The notes under the pieces were generated by a model. The model saw only the letters and a program-made list of their open reading frames with translations. It ran no database searches and had not been told where the DNA came from. Positions 28,187 to 40,122 of a stretch of 64,000 nucleotides of DNA are shown here, one piece after another (position 1 is the first letter of the stretch; each line of letters starts with the position of its first letter). Source of the stretch: an uncultured Chloroflexia bacterium (GTDB taxonomy: Bacteria; Chloroflexota; Dehalococcoidia; DSTF01; JALHUB01); NCBI GenBank assembly GCA_963726245.1, contig CAVSBT010000038.1:51398-115397 (forward strand). Reading direction: 5' to 3'. A program made the position numbers and the translations under genes.

Positions 28187-30532
28187 GTGAGCGAGAGCGA
28201 TTTCCCTCCCGGCGGTTCGCTGACGGCGCGACTGGCGATGTGGAGCGCCCGACACCGGAAGGCCGTCGTCTTCGCCTGGGTGCTGATCGTAGTAGTCGCC
28301 CTGGGGAGCTGCTCCCTGGTCCCGGCCAACACGGACATCAAGTTGCAGGGGCCGGGCGAAGCGTTCGAAGGGCTCAGGCTGTTCCAGGACCGGTTCGGCA
28401 CGCAGCAAGAGACGGTCCGGGAGATAGTCGTCTTCTCTCACCCGTCCCTCAAGGTGACCGATCCGGCTTACCAGGAGACGGTTGAAGGCCTCATGGCGAA
28501 GCTTCTCGACCTGCGGGCCGAGAAGACGGACACCGTGGGCGGCTCCACCGTCGTCCGCAGCACCAGGATCGTCTCCAAAACGCTGACCCACTACGATATC
28601 GGAGCGCCGCGCGAGAGCTCACCTTTCGTGGCGCAGAATAGCGCCGGCGGCGACGTCACCTTCGCCCTGGTCGACCTGGTCGGCGAACTCACCGAGGCAC
28701 AGAAGAACGTCGGCCCGGTCGTCGATACCGTCTCCGAAGCGAACGCGGCGTCCGGCGGGTTCACGATCCTCGATGGGGGCGCGGCTTCAATCAACAAACA
28801 GACGCTCGACGTCGTAAACAAGGACTTCGGGCGCGCCCTGTTTCTGAACCTGCCGCTCACCTTCGTCATCCTCATCCTGGTCTTCGGCGCGCTGATGGCG
28901 GCGCTGGTTCCCCTGGCCCTGGCGCTGGCCGCGACGACGACCGCGCTGGGTATTCTGGCCCTGGTCAGCCAGCCGTACGCCCTCAGCGACACCTTCAAAG
29001 AGGTGGTGATCATGATGGGGCTCGCCACGGGCGTGGACTATGCCCTGTTCGTCATCACCCGCTTTCGCAGCGAGCGAGCAGCGGGCCGCTCCAAGGAGGA
29101 GGCCCTGAAGGTGGCCAGCGGCACGTCGGGGAAGGCGGTATTCTTCGCCGGCATAACCGTGCTGGTAGCGATCAGCGGCATGTTCCTGGTTGACTTCGTC
29201 GCCTTCTCCACCATAGCAGTGGCAGCCATGGTTGTCGTAGCGCTGGCCGTGCTGATGTCGCTGAGCTTCCTGCCCGCGCTGCTGGCCATGCTCGGCGACA
29301 ACGTCAACCGCCTGCGCATCCCCTTCCGCGGGCTTGGCACGGGCGAGGGAAGCGGCGTCTGGGGATACATCACCGACCGCGTGCTGGCGCGGCCGGTCAT
29401 CCTGGCCACCGTCACAGCCATAGCCCTCGTGGCGCTGTCAGCGCCGCTTGTCACCCTCAACCTTGGGTTCAACGGCGCCAAGAGCCTCCCGGATGCCGTC
29501 GAAGCCAAGAAGGCCGTCCTCGCCCTACAGGACAACTTCACCATTGGCCTGTTCTCCCCTGCCGTGGTGGTGGTCGACGCCGGCCTCGGCCGGAACGTGT
29601 TCGCGGAGGATGTCCAGTCCTCGGTCAGCCAGGTACTTGCCCGTGTCCAAGCAGAGACGGCCTCAGCTCAAAACCCTGACGCCCCATACGGCGCGCCGGT
29701 CCAGGTGCAGACCAACAGCGCCGGCGACACCCAGACGATCCAGATCCCGGTCAACGCCGACACCGGTGAACAGAAGGCCCTCGACGCCGTGAAGCACCTG
29801 CGCAAGGACATCGTGCGGCCCGCGTTTGCCGGTAGCTCGGCCCGCGCCTTGGTTACCGGAGATACGGCAGGAAACATAGACTTCAAGGCGCTTATCAACT
29901 TCAAGACCCCCATCGTTTTCGCCTTCGTGCTGGGGCTGGCCTTTATCGTCCTGCTGCTCATGTTCCGCTCCATCGTCATCGCCATCAAGGCGGTCATCCT
30001 CAATCTCCTATCAGTGGGTGCCTCCTACGGCGTGATGGTGCTCGTGTTTCAAAAGGGCTGGCTGCTGGAGCAGGTTCTCGGCTTCAAAGCCACCGGCATC
30101 ATCGAGTCGTGGATTCCCCTCTTCATATTCGCCATCCTGTTCGGCCTGTCGATGGACTACCACATGTTCATCCTCAGCCGGATCAAGGAGCTGCACGAGA
30201 AGGGGTTGAGCAACGAGGAAGCGGTCTCCCTGGGTATCAAGCAGACCGCCGGTACGATCACCAGCGCGGCAGCGATCATGGTGGCGGTCTTCGCCGTATT
30301 CGCTTTCACACGCCTGATCGCTATCAAGGAGCTCGGCGTGGGGCTGGGCGTCGCCATCCTCCTCGACGCTACGGTGATCCGCTCGATCCTCCTGCCCGCC
30401 ACCATGAAGCTCCTCGGCGAGTGGAACTGGTACCTGCCGTCCTGGCTGGAGTGGCTGCCCAGGATCAACATGGGCGAGGGCGCCGCCGGCGAGCCGCTCG
30501 ACCTCAAGCCATCCCCAGGCGAAGGCCAGTAG
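28187..30532 (+). CDS. MMPL-family (RND) transporter
   Basis: GVDYALF, GLSMDYHMF and LLDATVIR motifs; two TM/loop repeats. Confidence 0.93.
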   Translation: MSESDFPPGGSLTARLAMWSARHRKAVVFAWVLIVVVALGSCSLVPANTDIKLQGPGEAFEGLRLFQDRFGTQQETVREIVVFSHPSLKVTDPAYQETVEGLMAKLLDLRAEKTDTVGGSTVVRSTRIVSKTLTHYDIGAPRESSPFVAQNSAGGDVTFALVDLVGELTEAQKNVGPVVDTVSEANAASGGFTILDGGAASINKQTLDVVNKDFGRALFLNLPLTFVILILVFGALMAALVPLALALAATTTALGILALVSQPYALSDTFKEVVIMMGLATGVDYALFVITRFRSERAAGRSKEEALKVASGTSGKAVFFAGITVLVAISGMFLVDFVAFSTIAVAAMVVVALAVLMSLSFLPALLAMLGDNVNRLRIPFRGLGTGEGSGVWGYITDRVLARPVILATVTAIALVALSAPLVTLNLGFNGAKSLPDAVEAKKAVLALQDNFTIGLFSPAVVVVDAGLGRNVFAEDVQSSVSQVLARVQAETASAQNPDAPYGAPVQVQTNSAGDTQTIQIPVNADTGEQKALDAVKHLRKDIVRPAFAGSSARALVTGDTAGNIDFKALINFKTPIVFAFVLGLAFIVLLLMFRSIVIAIKAVILNLLSVGASYGVMVLVFQKGWLLEQVLGFKATGIIESWIPLFIFAILFGLSMDYHMFILSRIKELHEKGLSNEEAVSLGIKQTAGTITSAAAIMVAVFAVFAFTRLIAIKELGVGLGVAILLDATVIRSILLPATMKLLGEWNWYLPSWLEWLPRINMGEGAAGEPLDLKPSPGEGQ

Positions 30533-30550
30533 CGTAGACCTGCTCAGAAG

Positions 30551-30686
30551 GCCAGGCTTAAGCCTGGCAGGGGGACCGAGCGAGCACGTCCATGTAGCGG
30601 AAGGCTTCAGCCTTCCACAAAGGTGGTGGAGGGCTGAAGCCCTCCGCTACTCCTACTTGAGGACGGAGCTAAAGCTCCGTCCCTAC
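30551..30686. repeat. Cluster of GTAG-family REP palindromes (REPIN/BIME-like)
   Basis: GTAGCGGAAGGCTTCAGCCTTCC (30594-30616) is inverted relative to GGAGGGCTGAAGCCCTCCGCTAC (30628-30650). Also GGACGGAGCTAAAGCTCCGTCCCTAC (30661-30686) and GCCAGGCTTAAGCCTGGC (30551-30568). Confidence 0.8.
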
Positions 30687-30837
30687 GTTTGGGGGCACCC
30701 CGCCGGCCGCGGGTGCCTCCGCGAACAGATCGCAGTAAACTAGATCAGATGAGGGAGTGGGGTGCGAGCAGCGCCGTCGCCTCCCTCGCGATCGGCGTCC
30801 TGTCTTCGACGCCCGCGCTGGAATGCAGGGAAGCACA

Positions 30838-32859
30838 ATGGCCGCAAACAGCCGCATCGACGACCTTTGCATCAACACCATCCGCACGCTGGCCATCGAT
30901 GCCGTCCAGAAAGCGAATTCGGGCCATCCCGGCACGCCGATGGGCGCTGCGGCGATGGTCTACGCCCTCTGGACGCGCTTCCTTCGCCACAACCCCGCCG
31001 ATCCCAAGTGGCCTGATCGCGACCGCTTCGTCCTGTCGCCGGGGCACGCGTCGCTGCTTCTCTACTCGCTCCTGCACCTCACGGGGTACGACCTGCCCTG
31101 GAGGAGATCCAGCGCTTCCGCCAGTGGGGGAGCAGGACGCCCGGGCATCCCGAGTATGGATTGACGCCCGGCGTGGAGATGACCACCGGCCCTCTGGGCC
31201 AGGGCTTCGCTATGGGCGTGGGCATGGCGATCGCCGAGCGGTTTATGGCCGAGAGCTTCAACCGTCCGAACCATACCATCGTCGACCACTACGTCTACGG
31301 CGTGGCGAGCGACGGCGACCTGATGGAGGGCGTGTCGTCGGAGGCGGCGTCGCTGGCCGGGACGCTAGGCCTCGGCAAGATCATCTACCTCTACGACGAC
31401 AACGAGATCTCCATCGAGGGCAGCACAGAGATGACCTTCACGGAGCAGGTTGGAGAACGCTTCGACGCCTACGGGTGGCACGTGCAGCGCGTCGATGGCA
31501 ACGACGTCGAGGCGGTCGCCGCGGCCATCGAAGCGGCGCGCGCGGAGGACACGCGGCCGTCGCTCATCATCGCGCGCACCGTGATCGGCTTCGGCAGTCC
31601 GCACAAGGCGGGCACCGCCGAGGTCCACGGCGCCCCGCTGGGCGAGGAGGAGGTGCGGCTGACGAAGCGCGCGCTCGGCTGGCCCGAGGAGCCGCCCTTC
31701 TACGTCCCCGAAGAGGCGCTGGCGGAGTTCCGCAAGGCGCTGGGCCGCGGCCGCGCCTGGGAGGAGGAGTGGAGCGCCCGCTTCGCCGCCTACGAGCGCG
31801 ATTACCCGGCGGAGGCCCGGCTCTGGCGCACTGTCATGGCCGGCGAGCTGCCCGAGGGCTGGGACGCCGCCCTGCCCGTCTTCTCGCCTCAGGACGGCGA
31901 GATGGCGACGCGCGTGGCTTCGGGGAAGGTGCTGAACGCCGCTGCAAAGGGCCTGCCCACCCTCGTCGGCGGTTCGGCTGACCTCGCCCCTTCGACCGAT
32001 ACCTACCTCAAAGGCTACGGCGACCTCGGCTTCCACGAGTGGTGCGGGCGCAACATGCACCTGGGCGTGCGGGAGCACGCCATGGGCGCCGTCGTCAACG
32101 GCATGGCGCTGCACGGCGGAGTGATCCCCTATGGCGGCACCTTCCTCATCTTCTCCGACTACATGCGTCCCGCCATCCGGCTGGCCGCCCTCATGAAGAC
32201 GCACGTCATCTTCATCTTCACGCACGACAGCATCGGCCTCGGCGAAGACGGGCCGACGCACCAGCCCGTCGAGCACCTCGCGTCGCTGCGGGCGATGCCC
32301 GTCCTGACCGTGCTGCGTCCGGCCGACGCGAACGAGACCGTCGCCTGCTGGCGACTGGCACTGGAGCGCAAAGGCCCCGCCGCCCTGGTCCTCACGCGGC
32401 AGAGCCTGCCGATCATCGGCGACGTGGAGCGGGTGCTCGCCGGCGTGCCGCGCGGCGCCTACGTGCTGGCCGGCGCTGGCTCGGGCCGGCCCGACGTCCT
32501 GTTGCTCGCCACCGGCTCCGAGGTCTCGCTGGCGCTCAAGGCGCGGGAGCTGCTGGCCCAGCGCGGGTCTGAAGGCGCGCGTCGTGAGCATGACGAGCTG
32601 GGAGATATTCGAGGAGCAGCCGCAGGCCTACAGGGACGAGGTGTTGCCGCCCGCGGTGCGGGCCCGTATCGCCGTGGAGGCGGCGGCCACCTTTGGCTGG
32701 CGCAAGTACGTCGGTGACCAGGGCGACATCATCGGTCTCGACCACTTCGGCGCCTCTGCGCCCGGCAAGGTGCTGTTCGAGAAGTTCGGCTTCACGCCCG
32801 AGCACGTCGCCGAGCGGGCGGCGGCGCTGGTGGAGCGGCTGGCACGAATCCGGAGGTAA
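30838..32859 (+). CDS. tkt: Transketolase, frameshifts ~31097 and ~32566
   Basis: [29 protein letters not shown] and [16 protein letters not shown]; three consecutive ORF pieces. Confidence 0.93.
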
Positions 32860-32861
32860 GG

Positions 32862-33323
32862 ATGCGCATCGCGGTCGGAGCGGATCACGCGGGGTTCGCG
32901 CTTAAGGGGCCGGCCATCGCGGAGCTGGAGCGTCTCGGCCACACTGTGCTCGACCTCGGCACGAACAGCGATGAGCCGGTCGACTACCCCGACTTCGCCC
33001 AGGCGGTGGGCGAGGCGGTGATGCGCGGCGAGGCCGACCGGGGCCTTCTCATGTGTGGAAGCGGCGTGGGCGCGTCGGTGGCGGCGAACAAGGTCCCCGG
33101 CGTGCGCGCCGCAGTCTGCCACGACACGTTCTCCGCCCACCAGGGCGTCGAGGACGATGACATGAACGTGCTCTGCCTGGGCACCCGTGTCATCGGGACG
33201 CAGTTGGCGCTGGAGGTCATCCGCGCTTGGGAGAGGGCCGTCTTCTCGAACGCCGAGCGCCACGTGCGGCGCCTGGGCAAGGTCCGCGCCATCGAGGAGC
33301 GCTACCAGCGAGCAGGGAGGTAG
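32862..33323 (+). CDS. rpiB: Ribose-5-phosphate isomerase B
   Basis: DHAG, DYPD, CGSGVG, ANKVPG and RHVRR. Confidence 0.95.
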   Translation: MRIAVGADHAGFALKGPAIAELERLGHTVLDLGTNSDEPVDYPDFAQAVGEAVMRGEADRGLLMCGSGVGASVAANKVPGVRAAVCHDTFSAHQGVEDDDMNVLCLGTRVIGTQLALEVIRAWERAVFSNAERHVRRLGKVRAIEERYQRAGR

Positions 33324-33326
33324 AGT

Positions 33327-35950
33327 TTGGCTGATTCGATTGCGGAGCTGCGCCGCCAGGGAGTGAGCGTCTGGCTGGACTACATCCGTCGCAGCCTGAT
33401 CACGTCCGGCGAGCTGGAGCGGATGGTGCGCGACGGCTGGATCACCGGCATGACGTCGAACCCGACCATCTTCCAGAAGGCGATGTCGGGCTCAAACGAC
33501 TACGACGAGGCCCTTCAGAGCATCGCCCGGCGCGGCGAGATCAGCCCCTACGAGGCGTTCCTGGTGCTGGGCGGCGATGACATCCGCATGGCCGCCGACG
33601 TTCTCCGGCCCGTCTATGAGGAGACACAGGCCGCCGATGGCTACATCTCCTTCGAGGCGCAGGAGGGGGATGTGGACCAGATCGTCGCCGAGGCCCGGCG
33701 CCTGTTCAGCCTCGTGGGTCGGCCCAACGTGATGATCAAGGTGCCCGGTACGGCGCCAGGCGTCCAGGCCGTCGAGCCGCTCATCGCCGAGGGCATCAAC
33801 GTCAACATCACGCTCCTCTTTGACATCGATGTCTACAAGCAGGTGGCGGAGGCTTACGTCGCGGGTCTGGAGCGGCGGCTCGATCAAGGTCTGCCGGTGA
33901 GCAGCATCGCCAGCGTCGCCTCCTTCTTCGTGTCCAGAGTGGACACCAAGGTGGACGCGCGGTTGCCGGAGGACTCGCCGCTGCGGGGCAAGGTGGCCAT
34001 CGCCAACGCCCGGATGGCGTACAAGATGTTCAAGGAGATATTCTCCGGTCCTCGCTGGGAGCGGCTCGCCGCCGCCGGAGCGCGGGTGCAGCGTCCCCTC
34101 TGGGCCTCGACCGGCACCAAGAACCCGGCCTACTCCGACGTGCTCTACGTGGAGGAGCTCGTCGCGCCTCACACCGTCAACACCATGCCGGAGGCGACGC
34201 TGCAGGCCTTCCTGGATCACGGTCGAGTCCGTCCGACTGTCGAACCGGGCTTCGCGGAGGCGGAGGAGACGCTGCGGCAGGCCGCCACCGCAGGGCATCG
34301 ACCTGAAGAGCGGTGACTTCGGAGCTCCTCGAGGAGGGGCTGGCGTCCTTCGCGAAGGACTTCGCGAGGCTGATGGAGGAGATCGAGAAGCGGCTGGGTG
34401 CCGCCCAGCCCGCTCGCGCCCGCCACGGCGGCCGCCTGGACGGGCTGAGCGACGCGGTGAAGGAGCGGCTGGAGACCTTCCGAGAGGAGGCGGTGGTGCG
34501 CCGCGTCTGGTCCCACGATCACACGCTGTGGAAGCCGCAACCCGACGGGATCACGGACCGGCTGGGCTGGCTCGCCGTCATCGACCCCATGATGGAGCAG
34601 GCGGACCGGCTGCGCCGCTTCGCCCTCGAGGTGGCCGAGGAGGGCTACGAGACGGCGGTCCTGCTCGGCATGGGCGGGTCGAGCCTGGCGCCGGAGGTGC
34701 TCTTCAGCACGTTCGGCGCTGCGCCGGGCGCGCTGACGCTGAAGGTCCTCGACACCACGGACCCCGCGAGCATCCGCGCCGTCGAGGAGAGCATCGATCT
34801 GCAAAGGACGCTCTTCATCGTCGCCAGCAAGTCGGGCACGACCATCGAGACGATGTCCCACCTCGCCTACTTCTGGGAGAAGGCTCCCGATGGGCGGCAC
34901 TTTATCGCCATCACCGACGCGGGGACGCCCCTCGAGAGGCTGGCGCGGGAACGGGGCTTTCGCCAGGCGTTCCTCAACCCGCCGGACATCGGCGGCCGGT
35001 ACTCAGCCCTGTCGTACTTCGGGCTGGTGCCCGCCGCCCTCATCGGCGCCGACATCGACCAGCTCCTCGACCGGGCGCACGAGATGCTGCACGCTTGCCA
35101 TCACTCCGTGTCGTGCGAGGAGAACCCGGGCGCCTGGCTGGGCGCCGTGGTCGGAGAGGGCGCCCTCAACGGCCGCGACAAGCTGACACTGGTCCTGCCC
35201 GCCGCCATCTCGACCTTCGGCTACTGGGTCGAGCAACTGGTCGCGGAGTCTACAGGCAAGGAGGGCAAGGGCATCGTGCCGGTGGAGGGCGAGCCGCTGG
35301 GTGGGCCGGAGGTATACGGTGACGACCGCCTCTTCGTCGCCATCGGGGACGGGGAGGGGCTGTCGGCGCTCGAGCAGGCGGGACATCCGGTCGTGCGGCT
35401 GCCGTACAGCGACCCGCTGCAGCTCGGCGGCGAGCTCTTCCGCTGGGAGTTCGCGACGGCCGTCGCGGGCCACGTGCTCGGCGTGAACCCCTTCGACCAG
35501 CCCAACGTCCAGGAGGCCAAGGAGGCGACAGGCCGCATCCTACAGGAGGGCGCCGCGCCGGAACCGGAGATGGGCAGCCTGTCCGCGCTTCTCGAGCAGG
35601 TGCGGCCCGGCGACTACATCGCCATCCAGGCCTACCTGCCGCGGACCGCGGAGGTCGAAGTGCAGCTCCAGGCCGCCCGCCGCCGGCTGCGCGACCGCTT
35701 TCGAGTGGCGACTACCGTCGGCTACGGGCCGCGCTTCCTCCACTCCACCGGCCAGCTCCACAAAGGCGGGCCGAATACCGGCGTCTTCATCCAGGTAGTT
35801 GGCAGCGACCCGGCGGACGTGCAGATCCCGGGTAAGCCGTACACGTTCGGCGCGTTGAAGCGGGCGCAGGCGCTGGGCGACCTCGCGTCCCTGCGGGCGC
35901 ACGGACGTCGCGCCGCCCGTGTGACCCTGGACGAGCTGAGGGGGGTGTGA
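33327..35950 (+). CDS. Bifunctional transaldolase/phosphoglucose isomerase, frameshift ~34290-34312
   Basis: Tal motifs WLD, TSNPTIF, MIKVP and WASTGTK; Pgi motifs GMGGS, SKSGTT, GGRYS and FDQPNV. Removing two extra G restores AGIDLKSVTSELL across the junction. Confidence 0.85.
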
Positions 35951-35952
35951 CC

Positions 35953-36822
35953 ATGAAGATCGGTTTGGTGGGACTCGGCCGTATGGGTGCCGGGCTGGCG
36001 GAGCGGCTGCGTCGCAACGGCCACGAGGTCGTGGGCTACGACCAGAACCCGGAGGTGAGCCAGGTGCCCTCGCTGGAGGAGCTCGTCGCCGCTCTCTCGC
36101 CGCCGCGGGTCGTCTGGGTGATGGTGCCCGCCGGCGAGCCAACGGAGTCGACGCTGAAGGAGCTCGCGGACCTCGTTTCGCAGGGCGACATCCTCGTCGA
36201 CGGCGGCAACAGCTACTACAAGGACTCAGTGCGCCGGGCGAAGGAGCTGGGCGCGCGCGGCGTCATGTTCCTGGACGCCGGCACCTCCGGCGGCATCTGG
36301 GGCCTGGAGGTTGGCTTCTGCCTGATGGTCGGCGGCCCGCCCGACGCCTTCAAGACCGTGGAGCCGATCCTGAAGGCGCTGGCGCCTGAGAACGGCTACG
36401 CCCACGTCGGCCCGTCCGGCGCCGGCCACTTCACGAAGATGGTGCACAACGGCGTCGAGTACGGCATGCTTCAGGCCTACGCCGAGGGCTTCGAGCTGCT
36501 GCACGCGTCGGAGTTCGACCTCGACCTGCGGCAGATAGCGGTCCTCTGGAACCAGGGAAGCGTGGTGCGGTCCTGGCTGCTCGAGCTGGCCGAGCGCGCC
36601 TTCGCCAAGAGTCCCGGGCTGGAGTCGCTGCGGGGCTACGTCGACGACTCGGGCGAGGGCCGCTGGACGGTGCTGGAGGCGGTCGAGCGCGGCGTTCCGG
36701 CGGGCGTCATCACCCAGTCGCTGTTCAACCGCTTCGCCTCTCGCGATGAGAACTCCTTCGCGATGCGTGTCATCGCCGCCCTGCGCAACGAGTTCGGCGG
36801 CCACCCGGTGAAGCAGCCGTGA
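35953..36822 (+). CDS. gnd: 6-phosphogluconate dehydrogenase (short, YqeC-type)
   Basis: GLGRMG, DGGNS, KMVHNGVEYG, SGEGRWT and RNEFGGH. Confidence 0.95.
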   Translation: MKIGLVGLGRMGAGLAERLRRNGHEVVGYDQNPEVSQVPSLEELVAALSPPRVVWVMVPAGEPTESTLKELADLVSQGDILVDGGNSYYKDSVRRAKELGARGVMFLDAGTSGGIWGLEVGFCLMVGGPPDAFKTVEPILKALAPENGYAHVGPSGAGHFTKMVHNGVEYGMLQAYAEGFELLHASEFDLDLRQIAVLWNQGSVVRSWLLELAERAFAKSPGLESLRGYVDDSGEGRWTVLEAVERGVPAGVITQSLFNRFASRDENSFAMRVIAALRNEFGGHPVKQP

Positions 36823-38235
36823 GCCTGAAGCCACCCGAGGACCAGGACATCATCATCGTCGGCGCGACGGGCGATCTGGCGCGCCGGAAGCTGCTGCCGG
36901 CGCTCTACAACCTGTTCGCCGCCGACCTGCTGCCGGCGCGCGGCCGCATTATCGGCCACGCACGGACAAGCTGGAGCGATGACCAGTTTCGAGAGGTAGG
37001 CGCCGCCGCCGTGCGGGAGTTCTCCCACACCGGCTTCGACGCAAAGGTCTGGTCGTCCTTCGCCGCAGCGCCTCGCCTACGTTCCCGCCGCGTCGGGAGG
37101 CCTGGCGGAGGTGAAGCGCCGCTGCACCGAACCGGCGAGGCTGGTGTACCTGGCGGTGGCGCCGTCGGTCTTCTCCTCGGCCATCCGCGACCTGAGCGAA
37201 CAAGAGATGGTCCAGGGCACGCGGCTGATAGTGGAGAAGCCTTTCGGCCATGACCTGAACTCCTCGCGAGAGCTGGAGCGCACCCTGCACGAGGTCTTCG
37301 ACGAGTCGCAGGTCTTCCGGATCGACCACTACCTCGGCAAGGAGACGGTGCAGAACATCCTTATCTTCCGCTTTGGGAACGCCGCCTTCGAACGGCTCTG
37401 GAACCGCGACGCCGTAGAGCACGTGCAGGTCACGGTTGCCGAGTCCATCGGCATCGAAGGGCGCGGTGCCTTCTACGAGGAGACCGGGGCCCTGCGGGAC
37501 ATAATCCAGAACCACGTCTTCCAGGTCCTGTCCTTGCTGGCAATGGAGCCGCCCGATTCCTTCAAGCCGGAGGCGATCCGCGACGAGAAGGCGAAGCTCT
37601 TGTCTGCCATGCAGCCGATTCACCCGGCGAAGGTGGTCCGCGGCCAGTACACGCGCGGCCGCATCGATGGCGAGGAGGTGCCGGGCTACCGGGAGGAGGA
37701 AGGCGTCAACCCCGACTCATCGACCGAGACCTTTGCGGCGCTCCAGCTCCATATCGACAACTGGCGCTGGGCGGGCGTGCCCTTCTTCCTGCGCACGGGG
37801 AAGCGCCTGCCGCGCCGGGCGACGGAGATCGAGATCGCTTTCCGCGATGTCCCCGTTCGCTTCTTCCATGGCACGGGAGTCGCGAGCCTGCCGGCGAACC
37901 ACCTCACGCTGTCAATCCAGCCCGATGAGACGATCACGTTCGCCTTCCTCGCCAAGGTCCCGGGGCCGGAGATCAGCGTGCGGACCGTGCACATGCAGTT
38001 CTCCTACGGCGAGTCGTTCATGGTCAAGCCGGCCGAGGCCTACGAGCGACTCCTCCACGACGCGCTGGACGGCGACCACACCCTCTTCGCCCGGGCGGAC
38101 GCCGTCGATGTCTCTTGGGCCGTCGTGCAGCCGGTGCTCGACGCGACACTGCCCGTGCATCTCTACCCCGCGGGCACGTGGGGGCCGCCGGAGGCTGACG
38201 CGCTCATTGCGCCCCACAAGTGGCACGTGAGGTGA
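36819..38235 (+). CDS. zwf: Glucose-6-phosphate dehydrogenase, frameshift ~37063
   Basis: GATGDLARRKL, EKPFG, RIDHYLGKE and RTGKRL. Confidence 0.93.
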
Positions 38236-38870
38236 AGCCCGAGCTCGTCGTCGCGCGTGACGTCGGCGGCGCCGCGGCTGAGCGCTTCATCGCGCTGGGG
38301 CCGCGCACCGTCGCTCTGGCCGGCGGCTCAACGCCGCGACGCCTCTACGAGCGCCTGGCGGCCTGTGACTTCCCCTGGCCGGAGACAGAGCTGTTTTTCG
38401 GCGACGAGCGCTGCGTCCCGCCGGACCACCCGGACTCCAACTACCGGATGGTCTACGAGGCGCTCCTCTCGCGGGTGCAGGCCAGGGTGCACCGCATGCC
38501 CGGCGAGACCTGCGACGCCGCCGCCTACGAGGAGGAGCTCACCCAGGTGTTCGGGCCGGGGCTGCCGGAGTTCGACCTGGTGCTGCTGGGGCTGGGCGAG
38601 GACGGCCACACGGCGTCGCTCTTTCCGGGCGATCCTGCGCTCGACATAACGGATCGGCGCGTGGTGCGCGTCGTGCGGCCGGACCACCCGCGCCTGACCC
38701 TGACGCTGCCCGTGCTGTCGGCGGCGAAGGTCGTCATGTTCGTGGTCTCAGGGGAGTCGAAGCGCGAGGCGCTGGGCTGGCTGCTGGCGGGCGCGGACAT
38801 CCCCGCGGCGCGCGTGAGGGCGCGGCGGGTCATCGTCATCGCCGACGAGGGCGGCGGGAAGGCCGCGTAG
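38232..38870 (+). CDS. pgl: 6-phosphogluconolactonase
   Basis: LAGGSTP, FGDERCVP and GEDGHTASLF; GTGA overlap with zwf. Confidence 0.93.
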   Translation: MKPELVVARDVGGAAAERFIALGPRTVALAGGSTPRRLYERLAACDFPWPETELFFGDERCVPPDHPDSNYRMVYEALLSRVQARVHRMPGETCDAAAYEEELTQVFGPGLPEFDLVLLGLGEDGHTASLFPGDPALDITDRRVVRVVRPDHPRLTLTLPVLSAAKVVMFVVSGESKREALGWLLAGADIPAARVRARRVIVIADEGGGKAA

Positions 38871-39090
38871 GCCGCAGGTGGGCGACGGTACGTGCTGACC
38901 CGGAGCTGACCTCCATCCTCTCGCCACGCGCGGCATCGGCTACCTTCGTCTCGATCAGTGAACCTTCCGAAGAGGTGCTGAACGTGGTCGCCAAGCAGAA
39001 GCTGGCCGAAGAACCGCCACTTACGGCTTGCGGGAGATGCAACCGCTCACGTCGGTCTGGAACGTGGGGCTGATATCGCCGCAGCCGTCA

Positions 39091-39524
39091 TTAACCGGCA
39101 TGCAATCGTCCAGCGCATAGCAATTGTGCTGATTCGTCCCACGTCCACGAGCCAACCCGAGTGATCGGTGTGCTGTCCGCCGGTTCATTCAACGTGACCT
39201 CTTGCAGAAAAGTCCCGTCCGCGTTGAGAGTGAGCGTCCGCCGCCGGAACTCGTCCGGCTCGTCCAGTTGCATACTTGGCGACGTACACCCCGACCAGGT
39301 CCGAGCGATCAAAATGGGGCGAACACCATGCAAAAAGAGCCGCCAGAGCGAGCCCTGCAGCCACTAGGACAAGAATCCCCGCTGCTGCACACCGACGGGA
39401 TTACGCCGGCAAGCAGGAGGGAGACTGGATACGGCAAGTCGTTCAGGACTGAGATCCTGTTCCTGTCGAAGCCCGTTGTCAGCAGCAGTAATGCCCCAAC
39501 GCATAGATAAAGACCCCGGTGCAT
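39091..39524 (-). CDS. Possible secreted hypothetical protein, split in two frames
   Basis: Signal-like N-terminus (39309-39524) and beta-strand-like TLTLNADGTF...GSWTW (39091-39333); lower GC. Confidence 0.3.
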
Positions 39525-39569
39525 CCTACGTCAACCCCACAACATTGCCAGGCGAGCACGCTTGATCAG

Positions 39570-39618
39570 CTCATAGTTCGACAGGCTCACTATGAGTCGA
39601 GCACCCGGTCTGTCGAAC
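39570..39618. repeat. REP-like palindrome (GTTCGACAGGCTCA class)
   Basis: CTCATAGTTCGACAGGCTCACTATGAG plus downstream CTGTCGAAC. Confidence 0.55.
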
Positions 39619-39735
39619 AGGCCCTTAGGGGATGTTCAGCACGCGCTTGGGCTTGTTGTATCGGGGGCTCCCAATTCGGCGTCCTGCTTCAGGCGATCCT
39701 GTTCGGCCGCCCGCGCTTATTGGATCGGGGGCTCC

Positions 39736-40122
39736 CTACCGCCCAGGCCGGTAACGGCGGCCAGATCGTCCCAGACGGCATCGCGCTCTTCCCGCGTGAT
39801 GGCGGCCCAGGCTGCCTGTAGGAAGATCGCCCGGTGCGCAAAGATGGGTTGCGACCTCCGTGCGCCGGAGCGCTCTGTTTGCCTTGGCCCGCTCCTCACA
39901 GTACTCGATCGCTACTAGGATGGCCCGGCCGAATATCGGGTGCGGCGCATGATTCAGGTCCCCATCGAAGGAATCTTCCAGGTCCTTGTGCCATTCGCTC
40001 GACCAGCGTACCTCCAGGGCCTCCAGGCGCTTTACCAGGGCCTCCTGGTCCGGCTCCCCGTCTAGGGCAAAGAGGACCTCATCGACGAGGCAGCCTATGT
40101 ATTGCTCGATCTTGGCGAGCAT
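39736..40122 (-). CDS. Hypothetical protein
   Basis: AAGGAG RBS and helical-looking N-terminus; the C-terminus may be frameshifted. Confidence 0.5.
   Translation of the reverse strand: MLAKIEQYIGCLVDEVLFALDGEPDQEALVKRLEALEVRWSSEWHKDLEDSFDGDLNHAPHPIFGRAILVAIEYCEERAKANRALRRTEVATHLCAPGDLPTGSLGRHHAGRARCRLGRSGRRYRPGR

Noticed and set aside
30551-30686. Possible CRISPR array
   Set aside because: The units are inverted palindromes of differing sequence with no regular spacers and no cas genes; they fit REPs.
30838-38235. Programmed frameshifting or pseudogenisation of the pentose-phosphate genes
   Set aside because: There are no slippery heptamers, and the indels lie in short homopolymers like those across the window, consistent with sequencing error.
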